Shown piece by piece: positions 46,924-61,039 of a DNA stretch of 64,000 bases. The DNA comes from Macrostomum hystrix (taxonomy: Eukaryota > Animalia > Platyhelminthes), in the NCBI GenBank assembly GCA_950097015.1, contig CATNEN010000002.1:1240001-1304000 (forward strand), written 5' to 3'. Numbering within the stretch: the first letter of the stretch is position 1; every line of letters starts with the position of its first letter. The translations under genes were made by a program, and so were the position numbers. The notes beneath the pieces are model-generated. The model worked only from the letters and a program-made list of their open reading frames with translations. It made no database searches and had not been told where the DNA came from.

Positions 46924-48294
46924 CTACAGCGGTGTCTCATACCAGCTATTGCTAGTCTTCAACTGGGTTTTTTGAGTCAGCTCCTGGTCCTGCTCCTTGT
47001 CCGCGTCGACTTGTCTGGAACCGCTGGCCTCTATAGAATTATCGACTGAGTGACGCTTAAGAATGGATCTCAGGCTAGTCTTCTGCTGCCTAATGAGCGA
47101 CAGCATGGGGTAGTATATGCAGTACAGAGTGTAGGGAATCGGCGGCGCGGCCCTGGCGCTGGACTTGCGTCGAGCCCCCTGGCCTGGAATTGAGAGGCTC
47201 AGCTGACCAATGAAGCTGCTAGAACGTGTCGAGTGCGGCTGCTGGTGCCGAGCAAGCAGGTGGTCACCATCGGCGATGACGCACCGGCAGACATCAACAA
47301 TAGACGGCTGCGTTGCTGCTGGATGCATCGGTTTACCACCGGAGTTTTCTAGCAGAGGTAGCGTGCCGATCAGCACCGGGCAGGAAACTGCGATCTCGTG
47401 TGCGCTAGTTCCCAGACAGGCGTGCATTTCCACTTCGTAGTTTATCGATAGCGGATGCTGAACTGAGAATACATGCAACAGAGAGCTTGCCACGGTGCCG
47501 GGTATGTGTAGCGAGCACCTGGCCATCCAGCAGTGCTCCGAGTACTGCTCGTCGGCCTGTACAGAATCCTCGGCGATTATTGTGCGCCGGCTTGCACCGC
47601 GAGAGCCGCTGAATGCTCGACCGTTTTCAGCTAGGGCCGTCACTGTTTGCACTAGGCGGACAATAGCTCCCTCCACCGGGTTCAGGCTCAAGCTCGTGCC
47701 CAATAAGCTGATTGAGCACTGGACGCTTTCTCCAGGAACGTAAGCCGACTTTGAGAGTACTAGAGAGGCCTTTACATCGCCGTTCTTGTTGACACCATTG
47801 TGTCGATTGCTAGCAGTTCCTGATACCTGATCAGTGGGTCGGCAAACTGCTCGCACTGGCTCCGAGTTTAAGTCAACTTCCTCAATCAAGCTGAAGTAGC
47901 TGACTGCCTCGTGTGCTGATGCGGACAACGAATCCTCGAGCACGACTCGGCAACAGTAGCGAACGAAGCCAACATCGTCGCATTCGACGGAGTGCGGCAA
48001 GCCGGAAGGCAGCCGAAACCGAAAGTCGTAACGACGCGATTCGACAATTTGACTGCTTGGCAAGATGTTCTGCTTCAACAACAAGTGCTCGCGCCTATGC
48101 CGACGCTGACTGCTTGAACTTGACTGCTCGATGGTCTCCGAGAAGCCGATGCATTCAACAAAGAATTTCGCTGCAGGCAGGTGATTGTGTCCGTTACAGT
48201 CGAGAAGCACGCAGCCAGTCAGCTCTCTATCGCAGCGGTAAGCTGGCTTCTCTTCGCCAAACTGGATCTCTAGTCTGAGCCTCGAGCTCGCCAT
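46924..48294 (-). CDS. Alpha-arrestin (arrestin-domain-containing) protein, intronless
   Basis: Arrestin-N motifs (ELTGCVLL, YDFRFRLPSGLPHSVE...GFVRYCCRVVL) and arrestin-C start (GDVKASLVLSKSAYVPGESV, INYEVEM). First ATG at 48294. Confidence 0.85.
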   Translation of the reverse strand: MASSRLRLEIQFGEEKPAYRCDRELTGCVLLDCNGHNHLPAAKFFVECIGFSETIEQSSSSSQRRHRREHLLLKQNILPSSQIVESRRYDFRFRLPSGLPHSVECDDVGFVRYCCRVVLEDSLSASAHEAVSYFSLIEEVDLNSEPVRAVCRPTDQVSGTASNRHNGVNKNGDVKASLVLSKSAYVPGESVQCSISLLGTSLSLNPVEGAIVRLVQTVTALAENGRAFSGSRGASRRTIIAEDSVQADEQYSEHCWMARCSLHIPGTVASSLLHVFSVQHPLSINYEVEMHACLGTSAHEIAVSCPVLIGTLPLLENSGGKPMHPAATQPSIVDVCRCVIADGDHLLARHQQPHSTRSSSFIGQLSLSIPGQGARRKSSARAAPPIPYTLYCIYYPMLSLIRQQKTSLRSILKRHSVDNSIEASGSRQVDADKEQDQELTQKTQLKTSNSWYETPL

Positions 48295-51200
48295 GAAAAT
48301 CTTCGTCAAGATTTTGCTTTCGACTTTCAAAGACAAAACTCTCGCCTAGTGTTTTCTGTGCTTGAATCAACCAAGTCTATTTTAAATACAGTCGAGCACA
48401 GTCAAGTTCATGCACACACTCTCGCGGGTAAACGCTGTAGCTCTTATCGTGCAGGTCCTTCCAATTAGTGTGACCCTGCGTGATTCGCTTTATAGCTAGA
48501 CCACTAGCTGTTGCCAAAGAAATGTTTCACTATAGCTGCGACCTTTGTGAGCACGACGGCATTTCTAGCTGTTATCGCATTCCTAACACTGGGACCCATT
48601 GCTTCAAAGCTAGAACTTTTAGCCTGGTTTCAAGTGGCCCGCGGCGGTTCAGATCTGATTTATAAAGTAGCTGCAAGTAGCTGCATGGCTTCGAGAAAGC
48701 GGTTTCACCTTTAATCTTCAAATATAGCTTTGATTCCTGCATTACTTTTGTGGAGACAAATATCAATATAGCTAGAATTTCGATCAACGCACGTACGGCT
48801 ATAAATATGCAGCTAGTACAACTTGCTGCAGAAAAACTGTTAGTTTTTTTTCAATATGGGCATGCAGTGCAATTTAATCATCCGGGTTCAAAGTGCCATT
48901 TTAATAGAGGCCTTGTACGCGTTAACAACAGTGTCGACTCTTCAAAAAGTAACTTAAAATGTCATACAAATTATTCTAGAACTGAACATAGCTGCTGCAG
49001 GTCTGATCTCAGTTAGTTTCATTTATCAGCCATCCCTGCTGAGCAGGCGTAAAATTAAGTGATGTATACCTATACTCGACAAGGACTCAGATCCCGGCCC
49101 AGAGGCGATCTTCAAAATCGCCAGCGACCAGCAACTGCAAGAGCGACCGCTGAGATCGGAGCTGAACTCCCATGGAGATTCTCATTGACAGCGGAGCTGG
49201 CTGCAACGTCATCATGGATGATAATTAAAGTTTTAACAGCCTCGCCCGACGACCGGAATTGCAGCCCGCGAATAACAGGCTGTTTGCCTGCCTGTTTGCG
49301 GCAGCGAAATTCCGCCTCAACTGCTTGGCAAAGTCATTCTGTTTGTACACATGAGCGATCAGGCATATAATGCATAAATCTTTTTTTAGGCTTTTGCTTG
49401 CGAAAGCGTATAGTTAATGCGCTAAAAATGCTATACAATGGCACAACCTGCGCTTAAATCAAGATATTGCGCCATGCAGTTATTATGAACGATATTTTGT
49501 ACAATTATATTGATGAATATTAGATATTTTAAACATTTTTCAAACGTACTTGTCTCCTTATCGGTTATCGATCCAATAAAGCTGAATAGTCTTTCAGCTG
49601 TAAATGAGTCAGGTAAACAGGTAAAGCCTCACAGAGTAAATGTATTTCTTTAATAAAATGTAAATACAAAACATAGTTCTAAAAACTAAGACAGTTTAAA
49701 TAATCATTTTGCCCTCATCTGTGCTACAAGTATTTTGTTTTTGTAAGGTAGATTCATTTTAAAATTTCATGAATCTATGAATTCGAGGACCGCGCCCATG
49801 GCCCATCCAATCTGTTTATCCTGTATCCAACCTGTTGAGCTGCGTTGTAGTGCTATCTGTTGTTCAAAAATCTAAAAAACCTATCTATATATCAATCTAT
49901 CAATCTATCAATAAAATTATAACATGATGCTTTATTAAAATTTAGATAAGTTTTTGTAAAGAACCAAATAAACAACCAACCAAATAAGGTATCAAAGGGT
50001 TCTAGTCTCTGTCTACCGCCATCTCGAATGCCAACAGACGAGTTGACTGATTTGTAGGCAAGTGAAAATTATGAGCAGACGAGTTGGCGAACTTGGCCTA
50101 AACAGAAATGAGAAGAAATTTGTCACCTTGCTATTATGCCAGTGTAATGCCAGTCTGTGACTCAGTGACTGTAGGATCATCAATATTTTTTGCTATTTTA
50201 CGAATTTAACAAGCTTTTTACTTACTTTTTGTTCTGTGTGAATCAAATAAAAGTCAACTTGCTGCTTAAATATGCAATAACTGTTTATATATATAACAGG
50301 CTGTGTCAGTGATATCTTACAATTTCTTTCATGTCACTATATGATTAGATATTTGGATAAATGATAGTTAGATATTTTGTTCCTGTAGAAGTCATACTCA
50401 TAACAGACGACTTTGTGTTTTAATTGTCTTTATGACAGACAAATTTTTACAAGGCTTTTTTTTAAAGACAAGTTAATAGCAAACAAGATAGTGGTAGAAA
50501 AAAGACTGCAGAAAATGACCCCTAGGCCTATATTGGAATAAGTTGACAAAATGCATCCTCCTGTCCCTCACATTTTTGGTGTTGCGTCACATTGCAGTGT
50601 TGCAACCATGTTGCAATGCAACATGCAGGAGGCATAGCAAAGCAAAAAAAATATGTGTCAAAAAATAGTTTTTTATTTAAAATGCTGGTTAGGCTAATAT
50701 TAGCATTCCGTTTCATATTGCAGTTTCAAGCATCTTTTTACACTGATGTCACATGTCCACAGGTTTTTTACTTTTATTTATTCCTATAGGGATAATGACT
50801 TAATTGATGTTAAGCAAACTAAGTTCAGAAATCATAATTTCTACACAATGCCTACTACTCTACCTAGGCTAGGATAGGCCTGCTAGATAGCTATACATAT
50901 TGTATGTATTCTATATGTAACTATAGCCATATCAGTACTTAGTAGGCTTAGCCACATGTAGTTTTTTGAATAGCACTAAAATTTTGGGGTCCTACCAGAG
51001 CTACTAAATAGCATGAAGATTTATTTAAGTAATTTTTATAGACTAGATATATTTTATTTGTTTATTCTTTATTTCTTTTGAGGATAAAAATGGTCTATAT
51101 AAACAACAAAACAGACTGCAAAGGACCACAATATACCTTATCAGATTGCAACCAAACCAACCACAATGGACTGTGATGGTAAAGCTTTTAAAGAGCTCTT

Positions 51201-53532
51201 ATTAAACAATATTGTGGAATAAAATATGAAAAAAGATTGCCTTGGTCCCATTTTAGTCTATTGCAATCCATTATATTTCAGTTGGGGTCTATTTCAGTTC
51301 CATTATGGTCAGTTTCTAAATGGTGTTTACATTCACTACCTTTCTATTTTTAAAGAAAAAAAATGTGAATATCTTTCTGTTACTATGTATTTTTATTGAG
51401 TGGTTATATTGTTATAACTGTTATGTTATTTATTTATTAGAAAAACTATATTCTGTACTTTATTCTATTTACTATTCGAGGTCTAGTTTAGTTCTAGTTT
51501 CACTGACTAGTTCTCTTAAATATTTCACTCTTTCTGTTTTCTAAAACACTGAAAATAACACATAAGACAAACTTATTTGTCTTGAAGTCAATAAAAACAA
51601 TTTGTGTGTCTCAGTACAGCACTATTGACACTGATCAAATAGCAGACCAGGCCTTATGCACCACATGGCCAAATATTATTGCCACAGCTAAAAATTCCAC
51701 CAAGGTAAACAAACTGGTAGCACCTTGAGACCTGGGTCCTATGGTTGCTGTTGTTTTAAAGTGGAACCTCTGCAAAAAGATGGCTTTGGCCATCAAAGAA
51801 AGCTGTGTGAGGTTGTCTGCATAGTCAAGAGCTCAGAGCCATTTGTTGGGGTGTCAGAGGCTTGTGCGCAGCCACCTTAGTGGTAACTCTTGCGACTCTC
51901 AGTGCCTTGATGGGCACTCCAGGAGATCTGCAAGTTAATGGCAGTGATCAATTTTGCTAGTGAATGGTTGGATGTTTTTGTCCGCAGGGCTTGCTTGCAC
52001 TTCTTACAGTAGGTGTCTGCGAGGGCATTTTTAGGCCAGGGAAGTTGGTCGCCTGGCACATCACAATGCTTTTTACTGTGGGCAAAAAATTGCAGACCTC
52101 AGGGTTGCATGCCCAAACTGGTAGTGGACATGATGCAGGCTGCATTGGTGGTAGAGTCTTTAACTTCTACAGTTAATAATACATCTCTACTTATAGTATT
52201 ATAGTCGGCCTTGGTGCCACCACGAATTCAAGCTGGGATCCTACAGAGCGCAAAATCTTTGAAGGCACTTTCTGCAGCCTGTCGAATGAATCAGAGAGTC
52301 TTTAGGTCACCATAGAGTAGGCAATCATGTGATCAAACAATTTGCACCGGCACGTGAACGAGCTAAGAGGGTCATGGCCTCCTCCACTTGCAACCAGAGC
52401 AGGTTGCTAGCCGGTTCTGTGGCTTGAGGAAGTGTGTGTCCGACACCAGGCCGAACTCGAAGTTCGCCATCAAGTCAACTTGCGCTGGCAGATTGCAGAA
52501 CCACAGTGCACGCACACGCTTTTTAAGGACTTGGCTCTTTGAGAAGAAATTTTGGGACCTATGTTAATGAATTGAGAACTTTATGTGCTATGACTTGGGA
52601 TAGACATAAAACCCATTAGTCAACTGAATACATAATACATAGTACATAAAATAAACAGTAAAATAGAGTCTATGCAAAATGCATTTCAAATTATTTAGAT
52701 TTGGGTAATTATTCGAATACTATAATCAATATCAATACTAGTTCTTAAAGGCTAAATAATGAAGTATTTTGCAAGTGAGAGAAAAGTAAAGAAAAACATT
52801 AATGGGCGCAGAAATATTTTTTTGTTTACAGTTTAAAATAAGTAGTTAACAGTTGGCGCTGACAACTCTAGGCTGCTCTAAACAACTTATCCTACTGCAA
52901 GTACTGCATGATACATATTGGTTATAAACGAATGTGTAGGCCATGCTAATAGACGTATTATGTACAACTGTGCATTGTCTGGCTTCTTTGAAGAAAAGGT
53001 AGACAATGTAAGAGTTCGAGCAGTAAATGAGCAGAAAAATTTCCTGCCCCTTAGGCCAGATCCAGGTTTGAACATTGTAGCGAGGACATAGGTAGGCAAA
53101 ATTATTTTTCTTTTCTGTTAGCTTTTAAAACTTTTTTTTGCAAGGACAGAAGAAGGCCAAGTAAAGAAAGAAAAAAGTGATCTGTATCATGGGCCCTGCT
53201 TTAGTGCAACCGTTCTATTCAGTTTTCTAACTTACAGCTACAAGGCTTTCTACTGAAGTCTGCAAAAATTGCTGTGTGGAAAGTGTTATGAGTAAGTATC
53301 GAATTCTAAAAATCCCAAGAGACATAGGGGTCTTTTTTTAAGTCAAGAGAAGCAAAGCAAATAGTTTTTTATACCCTGACACTGCTGCTTTCAATTTGGA
53401 TTGAATTTGCAGCCATCGAACTGTCATTGTGAACTGATTGGTCCTGCCTGTTAGACGGTGAAGAGAGTCTCCGCTGCTCAACTTTCTACCTAAACCCGGA
53501 CCGTTCTAAAGAAAGCATTTCTTCCACCTCTC

Positions 53533-56500
53533 ATGGATCTCGAGGGCCGGCGTACCTCATATTCCATTGCTCGCGTACTGGAAGAGGTGCAGGAGCAGAA
53601 GACTAAAGAGCAGCAGTTGCAGCGTCAGTCACAGTTATTGTTGAACGATAATTCGGGCGAGGCTAGCTCCGAGTTCGCTTATCAGCCTACGGTAACCGGC
53701 AGCGCCGGCTGTCCAGTTGAGACCCCCGCAGCCGAGGAAGAGCTTCAATTCCAGCCTGGTTTTGTCAGCCAGCTTTTAGGCAAATTTGGCGGCCAAACTA
53801 GCGGTCAGAATTCGGGGCATTTGCGCAAGGCCACTTCCGTGCAAAACTTGGCCGGACCTGCGGCTCCCGAGGCTAGCTTTGGCGGAATCCAGCTGAGACA
53901 TCCGCCTTCAGGAAGGATTCAGCTAGCCGGCAACCAGGCAGTCACCGCCGTAGTCAGGCGTTGCTCTCAAGACGCCACAGACGGAACCCGAATCACTAAA
54001 GAAACTATTAACGGAACAGTGCTTTTGTCTAGCGGTGGCGCTAATAACGGCCCTCCTGTGGCCGCCTCGCCTGCCAATCCCGGCGCTGGCAAGCCTCCCA
54101 CTCCATTGGGTGGTGGCGCCGGTCGGGTGCTTATTATTCCAAAAAATCCTCCACCAGTTGTTAAACGTCTGCAACAGCAGCAGCATTACCAACAACAACA
54201 GCAGCAGCAGCAATACCAGCAACAACAACAGCAGCAGCAGCAGCAGCAATACCAGGAACAACAACAGCAGAAAATTCAAAAGAACACACCATCGGAGCCT
54301 GTAAAATCTCCGAATTCAATTCAAAAGTCGGATGATTCGGAAACTGGCCAGACTGCAGGTCTAAAATCTTTGGAATCGACCGAAAATTTTGTTAACATTC
54401 CTAGCGACGAAAGTTTACCAATTAAAAACATTGTACAGGCCAAGCGAAGCCTCTTCGAACAGCCGAACCAACCCGCTAGCCGCGGTTTTAACGGACCCAG
54501 CCTAGCAACCGTTGCTAAGACTTCGCCTTATCAGCAGAACAATAGTCATTCTCAGCGCCAGACCCACCAGCCGGTGATTGGGCGCAGCACTGCCCCATCA
54601 TCAACAGCTGCTTCGCCATTGTCGTCAGCTGGCTCTACAAAGCAGATAATTCCCAGGCCTGTAGAAATTGTCAACAGGGTGCCACAGAAGGTCCCGGATT
54701 CGAACCCTGTCGTTACTGTAAAATTGCCTCCGCCAGTGCCTGCCGCACAGAAGCCGATAGCAACAATTCTGCCGTCGAGACAGACCGTTCCCATAGCCAC
54801 ACCAGCGCAGACTCCAGTTAATAAGCAATTTCCACCGTCGCCAACTAAGCAGTCTCAGTCAACGCCGTTTGCCTTGTCAACTGAGACTTCGACTGACAGC
54901 GACAGCTACGGTTTTGGCCTGCCGGTACCCAAACTGAAATCTGCCATGCCGTTTAACGGCCAGAATTTAAAGCGCGTCGAATTAAACGAGCGCGCCGTAG
55001 TTGCTATGCGGAAAGCAGGCAAATCTTGGTTCTTTGGCACCGACGTTGCCGCCGCACCTGAGGGCTCCATTGCCGTGAAACTGACACCAAACAATCGGCC
55101 ATTCTCTTTGACCGAAGATGGCGACGATCATCAACACGACGACGCCGACGAATTAACCGAGGAGCGTCGAGCTCAGACCACAGTTTGGGATCATGTGCGC
55201 AACGCTGACTCGGGTAGACAACGAGTTGATGCGAGCTTGGCTGCAGAAGCCAAACGGTTGATGGCTTCGGCCGACACTGACGAAGTCGGCGTTGAGGCTC
55301 AGAGCGGTCACGCTGTAAGTGGCGGCGGCAGCGGCGCCGGCGCTTCAATTGCGGCCAGGAGAAATAAAAAAGTTGTGAGTTGGTTGTCAGGGTCAGTTTT
55401 AGTTGTCAGTAGAATTAAAATATGCTTAATAGAACCTGGGGGTTCTCAGGAGAAGCTGGGGTGTCAGGAGAACCATTGGGGTTTCAGGAGAACCATTGAG
55501 GTGTTAGGGAACCACTGTTGGTGTCAGGAGAACCATTGGGGTGTCAGGAGAGCCATTCGGGTGTCAGGAGAGCCATTGGGGTGTCAGGAGAACCATTGGG
55601 GTGTCAGGAGAGGCATTGGGGTGTCAGGAGAACCATTGAGGTGTCAGGGAACCACAGAGGTGTCAGGAGAACCACTGTGGTGTCAGGAGAACCATTGGGG
55701 TGTCAGGAGAACCATTGAGGTGTTAGGGAACCACTGTTGGTGTCAGGAGAACCATTGGGGTGTCAGGAGAGCCATTGGGGTGTCAGGAGAACCATTGGGG
55801 TGTCAGGAGAACCATTGAGGTGTCAGGGAACCACAGAGGTGTCAGGAGAACCATTGGGGTGTCAGGAGAACCATTGGGGTGTCAGGAGAACCATTGAGGT
55901 GTCAGGACAAGCTTATTCTATCCAGCCAGTAAGCGCTCATTGTTCACTTTGTCACGCAGCTGTGCTTCAAACGCGACTCGGTTCTGGAAGAGACCTACGA
56001 GTACCAGAGCGAGCAGAGCCTGATTGAAGAGCTGCGCATTGTCCCAGATTATCCCACTGATCCGTTTGAGCCGTCTGATTCTCCAACGTCGCCAACTCTG
56101 GATGAATCCGACGAAGATGAAGCGGAGAGGCTCGCAAAGAAAGCTAATAATGAGATGGACATTGCCGACGGAGGTCAGAATTCAGAAGCAAGCTCAACTG
56201 GCATTGTTGCTAGGATACCTGCTGGCATTGGTGAGTCAGCGAAGCAGTTTCCTTTCGTAAAAAACGACATATACTCGTACATGTAGATTAAACGACTGAC
56301 CATCTGGACTCAAACAGCATCAATTTAGAACTTGAAAAAAACTCGACTCAAATATGGTTAATTTGGGACTAACAATCTGGAGTCAAACAGGATCAATTCA
56401 AGTCTAACAATCAGGACTCAAACATGATCAATTTGGGTCTAAAAATTCAAGCAGCACAAGTATTTTATTAAACAAAATAATTTTCAAACTCTTTCAGCAT

Positions 56501-56709
56501 CAACTGTGGCTTCTTATCAGCCCAAGCTAGCTGACGAATTCGTATGGGGCGCTACAACACGTCACAGTGGCCTCCTTGACGATCAGCAACAGCAGCAGCA
56601 GAAGACGGATTCTTCCATTGTCGCTGTCAACTCCCTCGACTCTACTGGTCCTGTTGATGATCCAGATGCTCAATGGTCTTCATCTGCCACCACCGATTTG
56701 TTATTTTAA
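53533..56709 (+). CDS. Taperin/phostensin-like low-complexity protein, about 774 aa
   Basis: Exons 53533-55374, 55960-56230 and 56498-56709 are in phase (2325 nt). KKVLCFKRDSVLEETYEYQSEQSLIEEL, ASYQPK and terminal DLLF* resemble the taperin C-terminal motifs as I recall them (KISF..ALETTYQYPSESSVLEEL, SYTPK, ALYF*). PolyQ tract. Confidence 0.7.
55440..55905. repeat. 21-bp intronic minisatellite (gtgtcaggagaaccattgggg)
   Basis: Directly visible; lies between donor 55375 and acceptor 55959. Confidence 0.9.
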
Positions 56710-57284
56710 CGCGTCAGCTCAGAGTGGCAACAATCTTTCGATTGTACTACTTACCTGCCAAAATCAGTAGTTTATATTGCGTATTCAATATATCAGTTTT
56801 TTCTTTTGAAACGAAAATCGATAAAAAGTAATTCAGATAACGAGATATTGCGAATTTTTTCCTAACATGATTTCCTAATTTCCTAGTTTTTTTACCTTGA
56901 CATTAAACACTTCGTCAGCTTTTAGCAGCAAATCGATTTTTATGAATTCTGGATTTGAATCTCTTTATTCAAGTTTTTTTCATTTAATATATAGAATAAT
57001 CTAGTTAATTTCCACCTGTTCAATGTTATGATTTTAAGTTTCGATATTAGTTTTATGTGCTTTCTGTTGCTGCTTATGTTTTTTTTGTTCGGCTAAAATC
57101 TATGTTTTATGTTTGTAGAAAAGAACACCGATATTGATTTATAAATTAATTAATAAATGTTCAATCAGATAAACTTGCTGTTTTCTATACATCGTTGTCA
57201 GATTATTTGTTCCTGCTAGTATTAAACTCTGTCAAAGTGTACTTATGAAATTCACCTCTTAAACTGAGAGTTCCGAATCAGACT

Positions 57285-58490
57285 CGTTTGAGTCCAGACT
57301 GTTATTCCCAAATTGATCCTGTTTGAGTCCAGACTGTTAGTCCTAAATTGATCCTGTTTGAGTCCAGATTGTTAGTCCCAAATTGATCCTGTTTGAGTCC
57401 AGACTGTTAGTCCCAAATTGATCCTGTTTGATTCCAGATTGTTAGTCCCAAATTGATCCTGTTTGAGTCCAGATTGTTAGTCCCAAATTGATCCTGTTTG
57501 AGTCCAGATTTTTAGTCCCAAATTGATCCTGTTTGAGTCCAGACTGTTAGTCCCAAATTGATCCTGTTTGAGTCCAGATTGTTAGTCCCAAATTGATCCT
57601 GTTTGAGTCCAGATTGTTAGTCCCAAATTGATCCTGTTTGAGTCCAGACTGTTAGTCCCAAATTGATCCTGTTTGAGTCCAGATTGTTAGTCCCAAATTG
57701 ATCCTGTTTGAGTCCAGATTGTTAGTCCCAAATTGAGCATCTTTGAGTCCAGATTGTTAGTCCCAAATTGATCCTGTTTGAGTCCAGACTGTTAGTCCCA
57801 AATTGATCCTGTTTGAGTCCAGATGGTTAGTCCCAAATTGAGCATCTTTGAGTCCAGATTGTTAGCCCCAAATTGAGCATCTTTGAGTCCAGATTGTTAG
57901 TCCCAAATTGAGCATCTTTGAGTCCAGATTGTTAGTCCCAAATTGAGCATCTTTGAGTCCAGATTGTCTGTCCTGTTTGAGCATGTTTGAGTCCAGATTG
58001 TTAGTCCCAAATTGAGCATCTTTGAGTCCAGATTGTTAGTCCCAAATTGAGCATGTTTGAGTCTAGATTGTTAGTCCCGAATTGATCCTGTTTGAGTCCA
58101 GATTGTTAGACCCAAATTGATCCTGTTTGAGTCCAGATTGTTAGACCCAAATTGATCCTGTTTGAGTCCAGATTGTTAGTCCCAAATTAAGCATGCTTGA
58201 GTCCAGATTGTTAGACCCAAATTGAGCATCTTTTAGTCCAGATTGTCTGTCCTGTTTGAGCATGTTTGAGTCCAGATTGTTAGTCCCGAATTGATCCTGT
58301 TTGAGTCCAGATTGTTAGTCCCAAATGAAGCATGTTTGCGTCCAGATTTTCTGTCCTGTTTGAGCATGTTTGAGTCCAGATGTCTGTCCTGTTTGAGCAT
58401 GTTTGAGTCCAGATTGTTTGTCCCAAATTGAGCATGTTAGAGTCCACATTTTTTGTCCCAAATTGAGCATGTTTAAGTCCAGATTGTTGC
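57285..58490. repeat. 35-bp minisatellite (gtttgagtccagattgttagtcccaaattgatcct), about 34 units
   Basis: Directly visible; degenerates rightwards; inverted copies at 56302-56446. Confidence 0.95.
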
Positions 58491-58914
58491 ATGAATTATT
58501 TAAAATAGTTTAAGTGTTTTCCAGGTGCTAGAAAGCTATTGAGAAGTAGTATATGTACATAACATTTTTCTCCATTGCTTATTAACACTTTTTTAAAGTT
58601 GTAATTCAAGTTGAAACCTGTTTGGCTGTTATCAATATTAATTGCGTTTTCTTTCAAATCCTGTAGAGAAATTCTATAATTGTTTTATTATCCTTGTTTT
58701 TCTAGTTTTTCTTTTAAAGCTAATAGTTATTTTTGTGCGTGTTTAAACTTCTCTTTTTGCAGCTTTTTATATTTTCTTCAGCTGCACCTTTCTCCTATTT
58801 TATTTTATCATTCCTTTTCTCTAATGCGTATCTATGTGCTGCTTTCAATGCATCTAATTTCTCTGTCTTTGCTGTAACTGAAATCAAAGTCTTTGTTATC
58901 TTTGTTACAGTGAC

Positions 58915-60180
58915 ATAAGAGACAGTGAGATGTGGGAGGAGATACAGTGAGATGAGAGAGAAGATACAGTGAGATGGGAGAGAAGATACAGTGAGATGGG
59001 AGAGAAGATACAGTGAGATGTGGGAGGAGATACAGTGAGATGAGAGAGAAGATACAGTGAGATGGGAGAGGAGATACAGTGAGATGGGAGAGAAGATACA
59101 GTGAGATGGGAGAGAAGATACAGTGAGATGAGAGAGGAGATACAGTGAGATGGGAGAGGAGATACAGTGAGATGTAGGAGGAGATGCAGTGAGATGTGGG
59201 AGGAGATACAGTGAGATGAGAGAGAAGATACAGTGAGATGGGAGAGAAGATACAGTGAGATGGGAGAGAAGATACAGTGAGATGTGGGAGGAGATACAGT
59301 GAGATGAGAGAGAAGATACAGTGAGATGGGAGAGGAGATACAGTGAGATGGGAGAGAAGATACAGTGAGATGGGAGAGAAGATACAGTGAGATGGGAGAG
59401 GAGATACAGTGAGATGAGAGAGAAGATACAGTGAGATGGGAGAGAAGATACAGTGAGATGGGAGAGAAGATACAGTGAGATGTGGGAGGAGATACAGTGA
59501 GATGAGAGAGAAGATACAGTGAGATGGGAGAGGAGATACAGTGAGATGGGAGAGAAGATACAGTGAGATGGGAGAGAAGATACAGTGAGATGAGAGAGGA
59601 GATACAGTGAGATGGGAGAGGAGATACAGTGAGATGGGAGAGGAGATACAGTGAGATGGGAGAGGAGATACAGTGAGATGTAGGAGGAGATGCAGTGAGA
59701 TGTGGGAAGAGATACAGTGAGATGAGAGAGAAGATACAGTGAGATGGGAGAGAAGATACAGTGAGATGGGAGAGAAGATACAGTGAGATGTGGGAGGAGA
59801 TACAGTGAGATGAGAGAGAAGATACAGTGAGATGGGAGAGGAGATACAGTGAGATGGGAGAGAAGATACAGTGAGATGGGAGAGAAGATACAGTGAGATG
59901 GGAGAGGAGATACAGTGAGATAAGAGAGGAGATACAGTGAGATTGTAGAGGAGATACAGTGAGATGAGAGAGGAGAGACGGTGAGATGAGAGAGGAGATA
60001 CACTGAGATGGGAGAGAAGATACAGTGAGATGAGAGAGGAGATACAGTGAGATGAGAGAGAAGATACAGTGAGATTGTAGAGGAGATACAGTGAGATGAG
60101 AGAGGAGAGACGGTGAGATGAGAGAGGAGATACAGTGAGATAAGAGAGAAGAGACAATGAGATGAGAGATAAAAGACAGT
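58915..60180. repeat. 22-bp minisatellite (gatacagtgagatgggagagaa), about 57 units
   Basis: Directly visible, with recurring variant units. Confidence 0.95.
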
Positions 60181-61039
60181 TAGATAAGAGATGAGAGAAA
60201 GAAGTTGAACAATCTAAAAATTTTCTAACCTACAAAATCAGTTCCACCATGAACGAGGCTTTGATTTCTAGCATGTTTAGTTTTATTTCACTATAAAAAA
60301 TAAGTGCTTCACTGTCTTATTTTTCCAATTTCTCAAAGATTAAACCGGGCACTGCTGGTTTAATCTTTGTTTTTTAGTTCCATTTTCGCTCATATAAAAA
60401 TTTAACTTTTTTAATGGAACTGTTCAACAAGATAGGTCCGTATTTGCGGCCAATGCCAATATCTCCATGCCTACATGACTTGTTAATCAGCAGTTGTTAT
60501 TTAATTCTGAATTTAACAAGGCACAGCATGTTCGACCCAATATATACTTCTTCATTGCAGCTTTGTGTCATGTTTTAGGTTTATAACATTCTTATTCTTA
60601 TTCTTGTACTTCTTAGCAATTTACACCCACATTTTGTCCTTTTACTTTGATAAACAAGAACTGATCAAGTTAATTAATCGTACACCGTTAAAATTTGTGT
60701 ATCTTTTTATTTTCTAAATCGGTTTAATTTATACGTTTTTAATTTAATTGCTTAATTAAATTGCGCCGAAATCTTCTATCTACCTGGTTGAATCAAAGCA
60801 GATTTTGTTGAGAAATAAATCAAATCTTTTGTGCTAAAATGCAGGCCTGATTTGTCTATTCTCGAATTTACGAAAATTCTAATCGAAAAGTTTTTTGTCG
60901 TTTTTTTCATTTTTAGTTTAATACCCGATACAGCCTACTGTTCCATTGAGTTAGTAGAGTGATTAGCATTTTACATTATTTATTAAACAAAATAATCTTC
61001 CGTTTGATTGATTTTGTTTTGCAGACAGACAGATGCACA

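Noticed and set aside
51850-52560. Cys/His-rich coding-like sequence on the minus strand
   Set aside because: Broken by stops and frameshifts and not assignable to a family; possibly a decayed element.
55375-55818. C-terminal CQENHWGV repeats of the 761-aa ORF
   Set aside because: Read-through past a GTGAGT donor into an intronic minisatellite; splicing gives a recognisable conserved motif instead.
60335-60368. 12-bp stem hairpin followed by a T-run, as a Rho-independent terminator
   Set aside because: Eukaryotic intergenic AT-rich context; a single short hairpin is not informative.
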